Origin: Phoronis australis
Taxonomy: Eukaryota; Animalia; Phoronida
Direction: 5' to 3'
NCBI GenBank assembly: GCA_002633005.1
Contig: NMRA01000774.1
Coordinates: 90,218-154,217 of the forward strand
Length of the DNA: 64,000 bases
Below the pieces are notes generated by a model that was given only the letters and a program-made list of their open reading frames with translations, ran no database searches and was not told the DNA's origin. Positions 51,010 to 62,822 of this stretch are shown here, piece by piece. Every line of letters begins with the position of its first letter. Positions within the stretch are counted from its first letter, which is position 1. The position numbers and the translations under genes are program-made.

Positions 51010-53387
51010 TACAGCTTTCCACCAAGGCTAGGTGATGCAAGACATTATTCTTTGTTGCATTATAGAAACTGGTCTTGGCTAATTATCATTTTATGGCCTG
51101 GTCATCCATTATTATTTCTGGAAGCAGCCTCTTTGTCCTATAATTGCTTGGAGGATAGCTCTGAAATTTTGCTCATGTGTTCCTATTGAGATGATCACGA
51201 CTGACAGGTTTTCTGATGGGTGCAATCACCGAGACGCCCGGAGAGTCAATTTGTTTGTTTATCTGTGCCGCAATATTTACAAAAGTGCTGTTGATGAATC
51301 TGGGTGCAATTTGATGTATGTGTTACATCATTATGGAGAGTATTCCTGGCTTAAATTTTAGGACATGTCTGAGTGCTGTGACGTCCTCTAGCGGTTCTGT
51401 ATCAACCAAGTATCTTGATGTATGGAATTTGGCAAGAATGTGACAGCGATTGTCTTGTTTCAGACGAATATAATGTATGCTGCACCACCTAGAGGTTTTT
51501 TATTCTATATATTATATATTATTAACATCCCTGGACGCAAACTACGGAGCACTTTCCGTTTTTCCTGTTTCTGTATGGTGTTGACAAAAAATGCAGTGTG
51601 GTGTAGACTATGGTTTCATTTTTACTTCTTTTGATCAAAGATCTCGATACCCAAAACTGAACATTCACAACCAGCTTTAACACCCACACTTGTATCATAC
51701 ACATTTGCACTATAATCAATTTACAGGTGGGAAACTAAAGTGTCCTATTCATAGCTCTATGTCAACCATGACCAAAGGCTGCGTTGTATAAATTTCCTGT
51801 GTATTAAATACTGCACTGATGTGTTTTTCTATGTGTTGCAAGTCAGAGTTTCCATGAGTATTAGATATTAAAACACTTCATTGATACCTTACGTAAAATA
51901 ATTTGACATTTTCGTGGTCGGTCTGTATTTTAAATTCATAGCACCACTGCAATTGCCCGTTTTTAAATTCTGGATCTCTGCTAGTGGTTTACATCTGATG
52001 ACCAGATTAACCAATGACATTCCTAGTCCTATGTAGTATTTTTATGTACATCTCGAATCTACCTTTCAGTCCTTTACTTTGCAATCGTCATCATTAAAAT
52101 GGTAGTCCTGGTGATAATTGTAAATACAACTGGCTTAAACGTTGCTTCAAGAACTGTTGAGTGAAGGTTGGCAAAAACACTCCTATAGAAATAGCAAGAG
52201 CCAATATACGTTTTCCGTGCATTGAATAGTTAGCCAAAAATATAGGATTTCTCAAAGTTACACGCTTGGGCGCACTCTAAAATATTTACTTGGTACTGCG
52301 TAATGAGTACAACTTGTTCAACAGAAGGTTCATTTTTTCCGACTCGGTAAACCGGTGCGCCATCTGATGAGCAGCAGAAAAATTACTATCCTGAAAATTT
52401 CACCTTTACAGGATCAGTGCTCCCAGTCTTTCTTCGGTACTTAAAAGGTATGGTTAGCAATAACCATTCAATCAAGTATAATTTTTGGCTTGCCTCGTTT
52501 TAATATTCGTTTCTATTCTTTCGGAACCACTTTACATGTACGTTACTAGACGTCATGCAGACATTACAGGACCGACAATTGCCATCGTTTTGAGGCCGTA
52601 ATTTCACATTTACTTGTAAAGTTTTGAGCACTATCCACAAGAATTTTAATGTAATTCAGATTTCAAGCTTTGAATAATCTTAACGATCCTTTCACATCGT
52701 TTTTTGTTACTCATAATATTTTAGAACTTGGTTGGTTTGTTAATGAGAGTGTGACAGAAATGGTGAACAGGACGACCGATATCAGCAAAATGGGTGGTTT
52801 CAATCAAAGCATGCAGGACACATAGGTTGCTGTCCACGAATGTTTTAATAGATATCTACTCTACAAAGGCTCAGATTTCACTAGTAGTATGTTACTTTTC
52901 TGAGTGTTTTTGCGCGGTAAAAGAAATAGCGATCGAATAAAGGGCATTTCCACCAGTTACACAGCTTGACCCAGGTGGGTTGAATAAGTAACAAAATAGC
53001 TAATTTGCGAATAGGTTTCAACAATGAATTTTACATTTTCATGTAGACAGAAGTTGTGTTTATTCAGTATATCATCCTTAGTTTCTGTTAATTTGTTGTT
53101 TTTGCACAGTGATGCAACAAAAATGCTAAAATTCAATGGTTTCCGAAGCCATAAATTGGCCAAAAATTTCGAGGGGGCAGTTTTCTGTGAAAAGTTAGAT
53201 ATTTTAAATAAAATTATTTTACGTGTTGACCCTTCCACCTAAGAGTAAAACTAAGCTATATTTCAAAAATAATCCGTGAAATGTCATGTTCCCGCATCTG
53301 CCTGACTTTCAAATGCAGTGACTCTTAACAGCTTTTAAAATTTCAGTTTACTACTGTTGATCTGTGTTTTTTTTAACAATAATTCCC

Positions 53388-54357
53388 TGTCGTGAAGGCA
53401 GTTGATACTGTTTTCCATGAGAGGAATCGGGCATTGTTCTTAAATTCCCTCCACCCCAACACCCCACGGCCTTTGCCATGTACTACCTTAGCAGAAGTTT
53501 ACGAAGTTTTGAAACATTGTTTTTATTGAAGGGTCGCTGACATTTTCCGTTTATCTATTTTAATGTGTTTTGGCGAACACCACGATGCAGGCCAAACCCA
53601 TCTTAGAATGGAAACTGGTTAATGTTTTGCAACTTGAAAGAGCACGATTGGAGATGTTTGGACACTTCCACTTACTGTGTTGATCCCCTGTGTGGCAGTT
53701 TGCAACTATTTCACGTCAGCCTTTGCACTAGGGTCTTTATGGAATTTGAAAGTGTGTTTCTACAAACCTGACAACGGTTAACGAGGACGTTTGGACGTGT
53801 CTCACTGTTGCGTCCAGTGACAGTGTTGCTTTCTGGTGCAATATGTGCATGCGTGATCTCAATGAGGAGATTATTTCTGACTATACATTTTGTATAAGCA
53901 TAGGACTGTAGCACTGGAATGCCAACTCTTGCACGTGGCCAATGTATTCTAGTATTAGAGCTTGCAACCCGATTGCCTGCATTGTTTCATTCTCGTTTTG
54001 TTAAGATTATTTGTCAAGCTGGAGTTTGGGTAGTATGGTTCCACACAATCAGAAATTTACTGGCAAACCTATTCAAGAAACCCGACAATTACACTAACCC
54101 GTGGCCACGGGTGGATGCCAGGATTAGTTGAAACTCTGATATCTTTTCAGCTCAAGTCTTAAAATCCCTTTAGGCAACCTATCATACTACATGCCAGGAG
54201 TTTTTAACAAGACACTTTTGAGGTTTTAAATCGCGTTTAAATATTTTTACGGAAAGAAGTTGCCTTTGACCTATAAGTGAATGAAATTTTGACGCCGTAA
54301 TAACATGTGTGTTTACGCAAATTTCGAAAAGTACCCATGATTCCTTTGCTATGAGTG

Positions 54358-54391
<34 letters not shown>

Positions 54392-54800
54392 TGTGTTTGT
54401 GTGCGCGTATGTGTGTGTGTATGTGTGTGTATGTATGTGTTTGTGGGCGTGTGTTATTATCACTACAGGTAGGTCTTCAACTGTTTCTATAAAAATCAAT
54501 TTATGCATTGTTTAACTGTTGCCTATATGTCGTTTTTCTTAACGCAATTCCTGATAAATACGAATACTGTTATTTCTGCTATTTACCTATACCCATGAAA
54601 TGAAATTTATTTTAAAAATACATAGTGATCCATTTACCCCTATGAGGTTTTTAAAAAAATCACGATTTTGAAGAACTTTCTAAGGAAAAACTCTGTACAT
54701 ACATGAACTACACAGTATCTAATCTCCATCGCATTAACGATAAATGCAAACGCGCGTGAACTGACGGTTCTTCGAGAAACAGCAGACTGACGCCATGAAT
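53388..54800 (+). repeat. Second copy of the 1.5-kb block, with expanded (GT)n at about 54361-54452
   Basis: See 40395-41900. Confidence 0.8.
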
Positions 54801-56449
54801 ATTACTGTAAAAGTAGGCCTACACGTAGCTGAAACCTGTGTATTGGAACCATCTTTCGCTGGTTTAAACTGGACATTAGAAGTTGCCTTGGTGATACATG
54901 ATTGGGTTAGGAAACAGAAATATCAGGTAAAAGCTGTGCTGTTTCCAATACATTTAAGTATTATTTGCTACTGTCATCCATATTTTGCTTTATCGAATAT
55001 TATTTTTATCGAATGCCGTTGTTATAGCTTTTTCACCGTACGCAAGCGTGATGGTGGTAAAATCACGAAGAACATACGCGCATTGTGTCTTCATTACCAT
55101 ATGTACCTCAAATTCACATGTATTTCATGAATATACGTTTCACGAGTTTAGCTGTAGTGAACAAAGTGTCCAATAAAATTGCTTGGTGCTATTCCCATTA
55201 TAGAAGAGCACAGAGTCGATTCCTGTGCAAACAGAATGTGACAAAGACAAAACGTAGTGGCATTGTCATGAATAATACAGCAGCTTCTGCAGAACACGTC
55301 TCACACATTGTTCGACCTTCAGCAAATCAATGTGCTGAACCGTTGGATCAGTTACATCAATGAGCTATGGTTACACGAATATGAGACCACATCCACACAA
55401 GGCCTATATGTGAAAGTTTACTGGCCCGGCTGCAAAGCCACTGGCCCCACGCCACCGTGAATCTCGAACACAGGTCTCACACTGTGTTGTCTTTCAACAG
55501 ATGGAGTCCAAACACATGCCTGCTTCAACATATTCAGTATCTGACCCTGCAATGCACGAAGATATTGAAATCTTGTTCGATTGAGCTCAAAAAGGATTAG
55601 TGTCCGTAGTCGATAAAGTTCAAGCACCTTCTCTCAATAAAATGCTTTGCTGCCTTTGCCTATTATGAAGATGAAGTTTAGAACCAATAATCGAGATTTT
55701 TTAAATGATTATTCACAAAAAGGCATTTTTGGTAGTAAACGGTACCTGTTAAAGAGAAAAGAAAACAACGATCATATACATGTATATTTGAGGGCCAATT
55801 TTATTCATCAAATTTCTCCAAAACAGATTTTAACCTTTCGCTTCTAGAGGGTACAGTTTAGTAAATGCTAAGACTTCGCAACAATCAAGGCAACATCACG
55901 CGTTCTCTTGTTTTTCAACGATGTCCTAGCGTTACTGAACTCAAGGTACTGTAGGTTTCTGGTGCTTCCATCAGGTTTTAGTAACCTGCAACATACAGGC
56001 TTTTTGCCCGTAACAAACAATGCCAGCCAGGTCGCGTTTAGTTAGGTCTTTATGACAAGTTGGATTTTCACTAACTATTACGAGGCGTGACACACACAAC
56101 AACATGGAAGTGTCGAGCATGAAAATATGATTGCGATTCTAGACGTGATCAATCTTATTTGATAACTCATGGGCGGCGCACCATACAGGGCTCGGGGGGG
56201 GCTATAGCCCCACTTCTTTCTGTGCTGCGCTGTACATGGAACTTTAAAAATTTGAACCATTGAAAGAAAGTGTCTAGCGAAAGTATATCATTCTGGGCCA
56301 GTTCAATTTCACGTGGCAAAATATGACCAAGATAAACATCGTATACACCTGAGCTGATGCTGAACACCCCAAACGCTTGTTCACGACACCTAAATGTGAA
56401 CCCAAAATGTTAAAATGTAGTGATTGTTTACTTTTCATAACTCTACTTT

Positions 56450-57060
56450 CCACGGCAGGACTGATTCCCCATCAGGACTTAACGCCGAAAATATATGATT
56501 GATACGGGGAATGCAAAACCTCTTTGCATTTGACTCCGTGGGCTAGTAGTTGTAACACTGATGCATTGACTGAAAGTGACAGTCTTGTCCTGTGTTGCAT
56601 TGCTGGTTACATGTTAAGAGTATCACCACAAAAGGCACCGGTACAAAACACATGACGGAGCAAATAACGTCACTTTGTGAGTATCTAACAAGCTAAGACA
56701 TTGATAAAGAGTATCCACACACTGAGTGTATCAGCGAGTTAGTAGAGGAGGATTGAAGACTCAGTCACCCGATTGTTTTCATTTGATTCAATGTTATGAG
56801 GTTGTGGCGCGATGCATGGTCGACACTTCTAATCTCAAAAAAACGTCAATGAACATAAACAGTCTAACAGAAACTATAGTGTGCGATGGAGCTGTGAAAA
56901 AAACAGTGGGAATAGCTCGGTAAGGCGGTGATCCTTAACGAAGTGTTGCTCAAGATTTTGTTGACGGTTAGAGGATTCGCTGTTACCAAACTGTTGAGAT
57001 AGAGGAACAACAATAGAGGACAGTCAATTCTTTCTGTAAATCTCTGAAGGAAATTAACTC
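56450..57060 (+). pseudogene. C-terminal remnant of P-element/THAP9-like transposase
   Basis: IAGYML and VSRGGLKTQS motifs (YIAGY ... RGGLxxPS type), heavily decayed. Confidence 0.4.
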
Positions 57061-57652
57061 ATAATTGTTACTGAACATTTTCATTTCCTTTTTCTTATGC
57101 AAGACTTTGTTGACTACATTAAATTTTTGTGTTAATACTTTATAGACTTCTGACTGCAATACACTGTGTAACTGCGAAATGTTTTCATGTTGAGAAGGTC
57201 AGAAAAATATTCTCGCGAGATGAAAACAATGCGACACCCTGGGGTCTAGTTCTCGAAGGGACTTGCCTGTAGCCAGATCTCTTTGAAACTCGGTAATTAT
57301 ACTTGAGACAAACAAATGTGCAATTAAGTCACATTTTGTTTTCCAATTTTAGAAGTGAATGTTCAGGCTTCGTCAAGAATCTTCGAGAAAAACCCATGTA
57401 CATGTACCTATTCATTTCTTCACTTTCATTTTCACTCTAAAACTTATAGTACAATACTTTATTGCCTACTAAAAAAAACAACAACAACCAAATGCTCGAG
57501 GACATCCACAGAGACTGCACACAAAGTTCGGAAACTAAAGTATCATGTTATATTTAAGTGTAATTAATCAAGGGGCTGATATACCACAAGTTCCAAATAA
57601 CATGCAGCCATTCATACTTTTTTATTTCAAAAATTGTGAATTCAAGCGCTTG

Positions 57653-59060
57653 TTGCTATTTTAGGCACAATTAAAGACTTGGACTCAATGAAAGAAAGAT
57701 CACTAAATAGCCCACATAGAAAAGCAATCACCGATTTCCGAAATCTTCTTACAAACTTTACCAAGGAATACAAGACAATAGAATACAAAAATGCAATATT
57801 CCCATAGATGTTTTAAAAAAGAAAATTCAGTACAAAGACATTTCTAAAAACAACAGTGTAATCACCCTACAAATTCATGGTTTGTGTAAAAAAGCATTAC
57901 CTAAGTTTCATAGACTAATGCCTTCCAGGGAGACGGGTGTCATCAATGACTGGACGAGAATCAGAACCTACTCGAACGTTACCTCGCCTATTTAAAGCCA
58001 ACCCTCTTACTTTTCTAATTTAAGTCATGATCTGCTGCACTTGACGAACTGTTTGGTTGTCGTTTGCCCCACCTTTGTGGCGATAATGCCCAAAGTGTTG
58101 CTCTTGCCAATGGGCCCTGATTAAAAGCAGAGGTTAATCCAAATGGAGCATCACTGTTCAACAGAAACACAGTCAATTCACAAATTGATCGAACGCTTAA
58201 ATCTACATCCTCCAGGGTTAGATTACGAAAAAGCGTCAGTTTGCTTTTTCAGCCTTGCTTAGACCAGGAACAGTATTTACTGTTTCACGCCACTGTCGGA
58301 AGTAACCAAGACAATCATTCAATAGCAACCTTAACTTGTCATCATTCACACTTCTANTTGCTATTTTAGGCACAATTAAAGATTTGGACTCAATGAAAGA
58401 AAGATCACTAAATAGCCCACATAGAAAAGCAATCACCGATTTCCGAAATCTTCTTACAAACTTTACCAAGGAATACAAGACAATAGAATACAAAAATGCA
58501 ATATTCCCATAGATGTTTTAAAAAGGAAATTCAGTACAAAGACATTTCTAAAAACAACAGTGTAATCACCCTACAAATTCATGGTTTGTGTAAAATAGCA
58601 TTACCTAAGTTTCATAGACTAATGCCTTCCAGGGAGACGGGTGTCATCAATGACTGGACGAGAATCAGAACCTACTCGAACGTTACCTCGCCTATTTAAA
58701 GCCAACCCTCGTACTTTTCTAATTTAAGTCATGATCTGCTGCACTTGACGAACTGTTTGGTTGTCGTTTGCCCCACCTTTGTGGCGATAATGCCCAAAGT
58801 GTTGCTCTTGCCAATGGGCCCTGATTAAAAGCAGAGGTTAATCCAAATGGAGCATCACTGTTCAACAGAAACACAGTCAATTCACAAATTGATCGAACGC
58901 TTAAATCTACATCCTCCAGGGTTAGATTACGAAAAAGCGTCAGTTTGCTTTTTCAGCCTTGCTTAGACCAGGAACAGTATTTACTGTTTCACGCCACTGT
59001 CGGAAGTAACCAAGACAATCATTCAATAGCAACCTTAACTTGTCATCATTCACACTTCTA
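57653..59060. repeat. About 704-bp tandem duplication split by single n at 58357 (likely assembly overlap)
   Basis: 57653-58356 vs 58358-59060 near identical. Confidence 0.9.
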
Positions 59061-61081
59061 TATGTATCAACCAGTGGGTTGCGACTCCTGACACCTTCAT
59101 CTCAAGTTTTCGTGTTCAGACAATCAAATAACTTATTCATTATAGAGATTATTTGCACGGTTTTACTAACTTCTGCACCGTAGTAAAATTCTAACGCCTT
59201 GGCAACAGTGGCACTCAAAATCTGAGTAGCTAAATTCATCTTCATTCTGGAAAAGTATGTGAGACACACATGAGTTCTGGTTAAGTTGTGACATAACGTT
59301 TTCAGATTATTTTTACAGTGCTCTTCAATGAGCCTAACAATATGACGCCATGTTTTTCCTTGCCCATTCCACAAGTTTCTTGATGTGATGTGGCCACCTG
59401 AATTGCTGAAACAGTTGCGGGAAGTTTTCAGGAGGTGAGGTTTGTCTGATATAAAATACAGAAAATGATGATCAAGAGGCACGAGATTTAAACAATTGTA
59501 AATAATTCTATCAAGGTGATGATCAGTCCTGTCCCTGTGTAAATGAAAAAAATCCTGTTGGGAGAGGCCCCATCACGTCATAAATATGACCCAAAGGTCA
59601 AGGTCAACCCCCAATACCTCTATGGCCTTCCATAATATCTATTATATAAAATGCATCGTTTGCACAAACTCCGTCTGCCCCGCTCCACTACAGACCTTCG
59701 TTGCGGCACCGTCTTTGTCCCAGGTACATGTATTGCACCGGCCCCTTATTTGGATTCGAGGTGTTTTATTTTTTTCCCTCGGGCCGTTTTTTCGCAGACT
59801 TGGAGGGAGGGTGGCCAGTTTCGTAACGGGCTTGGTGACGTCAGTCCGTCGGCTCAACGACCTTGGTGACGTCACTCCATCGGCTTAATTTCACTCCTTC
59901 CGGCTTCTGTCGCAATTCACCGGGCCTGTCGCCGCCAAAGTTAATGATGCCTCATTATTTTTTTTACTCTTGCTACAGTAAACTATGTTATTTACCGGTG
60001 TTGGGAAATTACCGTTCTACAATTATTCTGCTGCTAAAATTGCGATGCGCTCTTTTGAGCGTCAATGCGTCACCTATTGGCCAATTTCCATGTTCTTCAA
60101 TCAACTGTTAGCCGGGTTGCGTACATGTCGTAACAATCGGAACTGGTTTCATTTCGTTACAAGTTTTTAATATTTTAATACCAGAAGACCCAATTTCAGA
60201 ACAAACTATGGAGAGATATCGCAAAATTTTAGGAAATGGCCCGTGCGTGCGCGTTTCAGGAGTAGGCACGGTTTGGCCAAAACGACGACAGATTTTTATT
60301 TATTACAAAAGGCGTAGAATTCCGAAAAATAACGTTTATTAGAATGGTTTTGTTTATACTTCTATGAACGGATGTAACTGGCAAGGTGAGTGTCGGTTCA
60401 TTTCCAGATTCTGCATGCACCCTCGCAGGTAGTTAGCACTATTCACGACGAGGTGGCGGGGTGAGCACCTGGGTCAAGGTGTGTGAAATTTCGGTATCAA
60501 ACGGAGCTCTACACACGGCTACCTAGCTGTATGTTGACGATAGTCTTCATGCAGCAAGCTGGCTTTTTACCTCATTATGTACAATTATTAAGCAACTTTT
60601 GTAAGTACACCTATATACTTTGTGTCGTATACAGTATTTTTAAACGCATTCTTAGTTTTCGTTTTAAAGAATATCTGATCATAGTAGTTTGTGTCACGAC
60701 AGGGTCAAATGCTCTAGAATGAAACTTCTACTTCCTGGGGAAAGAATCCCGCATCCACACACTATTTCCCCTCGGCGCTTCCCACTAGCCGTTACCCGTG
60801 CAAAATCACAGGTAACTGCTAGTAGGTTATAAAAAGTAACTAGAAAAGCCATCAATGGCATAATTAGCTAAAGGAAACTTCAAGCCAGAGGTGGCACCCC
60901 TAACCATAACTACATGTACATAGCGAGCTACAGTCGCTGTCTGGCTTTTTAGTGTGTCCATAAGCTCTTGCAGTTGATTTCCTACACTATCAAGGTCTGC
61001 ATATCCTATTAACTCCCCACTATATTTGTCGTAAATCAGCCTCCCGTTCAGTAACGCTAGGACCTCGCTAAAAAGCAACAC
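57990..61081 (-). pseudogene. P-element/THAP9-like transposase, interrupted (insert about 59577-60810) and partly duplicated
   Basis: LIYDKYSGELIGY...VMVRG...FPLA (60827-61081); DGASPNR (about 59555-59575); FISDKPHLLKTSRNC, SRMKMNLATQILS, FDCLN (59102-59482); NQGPL/EQHFGHYRHKGGANDN (about 58760-58830). Confidence 0.88.
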
Positions 61082-61516
61082 TTCGGGAGATTACGTGAGA
61101 TATGGCCGTGCATTTTAAATAAGAGCACGTGACTTTGACTAGGTTTTAGCTAGGTGGTAGCGTAGGTCCTAGCGTCTACTGAACGCACGCCAGGTCATCC
61201 TGTACCTTAACCTCATTTTGTAAGATTCCGACAAACCGCTTATGAGGGACGTCATAACACCCCTGTTTCTTACACGCACTCTTTAAAAGGCTAAGCACGT
61301 CGGGTAGTATAGTCCACACCCACTTACAGTAAAATGACTGTAATCATATAAGGTGCGTGCACACGGCAGAGAAATAAATCCACTCGACCTCATGGCTTCA
61401 TATGCAAAAGATACTTATATAACGTTTTTGTTTGAGAAAAATATCAATTTTGTTCGAAATAAAAAATGCACCTCTGCAACGATTTGACTATTTTAACCTT
61501 TGCATATTTATAATTC

Positions 61517-61653
61517 AACATTCTCAAGTGAGCAGTTCTTCTGGGAAGTGTTGAGTGGCCCTCAAAAGGGCAGTTGGTTGTAGTTATAGCGTGAAATGTT
61601 TCTTAAAAGAACCGTTGAATAATTCAACATAAATCACACAGTATACCTTGCTC
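61517..61653 (-). repeat. Dispersed repeat with two histone-3'-type stem-loops (copy 2; duplicated at 63329-63465)
   Basis: Minus strand: caacGGTTCTTTTAAGAAACa ... caacTGCCCTTTTGAGGGCCactc...ccagaagaac. Confidence 0.65.
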
Positions 61654-62675
61654 ACTCAAGTAATGAAGGTCCTCTTCATTCAAGTTTTCATCTTGGAAGG
61701 TTGGATGAAAACAGAGGAGATGACAATATCGATGACTGTTGTAACTCCTTATATAAATGTTACAGTTCTCCAACGTTATCACGAACCATGGCTCTTTCAG
61801 TTCTTGTTCCTGGATTCAGAAGAAACCCTGAACCATAGGGAAAAAACATACAACGAAAACGAATCAAATTTTGAAAATAAATCATCGCCTTCGTACTATT
61901 CCGTGTTGCTGTCGCCAGACTGATGTTCTTTCCCATTTTTTAAGAAAGGAGTGAACTGATTTTGTTTAACGTTGATAGAGCATAACTTTTGGTTTTTACA
62001 ATGCATTAATTGTGTTGAATGCATTCAAATTATTGGCTTCATTCAGTTGAACAGAAAATAAATTAAATGTAACACAATAAAGTTTTGAAAATAAATAGAA
62101 CAGTAACAGGACTCCCTAAAATCGAGCTGTTTTCAAAAACTTTGCGCCATTGGTGATCTGATTGGTTCATGCATTTACGGCGGGAAAATAATAGACCAAG
62201 TATCGTGCACGTGTGCACTTTAGCAACACTTTGTATCTTATTCTTATTTGGCTAATCTCTTGATACAGTAAATTTCCTTATTTATGTCCATCCTGATTTG
62301 ATTGCAACTTGAGCTTGCTGGGTTCTATCATATATTGAGTTGGCATTGGGACCCACATGATGCTTACTCGAATGGGCTTCATTTTACCAAGTATTTCAAA
62401 TTGAGGTGAAGTAAATAAACAAAGTGGATGATTATCATCACCAGAATGTCATCATTAGTATCTTTTGCCGGGTGCTCAAATTTTCTGAGACTAGGCATTG
62501 TCAGATTTGTAAGGTAGAATTATTTCGCTGGATTTCCAGGTCTGTGGCGTTATTTATACCGGACCAAAATTAAAAAAAAAACAGAACTTTGTTTAAATCA
62601 GGAGCTGCATGATACACATTTATTAGACGTGCGCAGGCATTGCTCGGATCACTAGGAACCATTTTTATGGTTTAT

Positions 62676-62822
62676 CAGTGGCGGATTTAGAAGGGGGCCA
62701 AGGGGGCCATGGCCCCTAAAATTCTCCCAGATTCCATTTGGCAGTACGGGGGTGCGATCGTCTGAAGAACAAAATCCTGGCTAATACTCTGCCCTGGCTC
62801 CAAAATCCTTGATCCGCCCCTG
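62676..62822. mobile_element. MITE CAGTGGCGG...CCGCCCCTG with 5-bp TSD (TTTAT)
   Basis: Same family as 41906-42058; tttat on both flanks. Confidence 0.8.

Noticed and set aside
55200-55650. Possible decayed coding sequence
   Set aside because: Multiple stops and no motif I could identify with confidence.
61648-61923. 91-aa ORF occurring twice (also 63460-63735)
   Set aside because: Repetition is due to the n-joined duplication; no domain or splice support.
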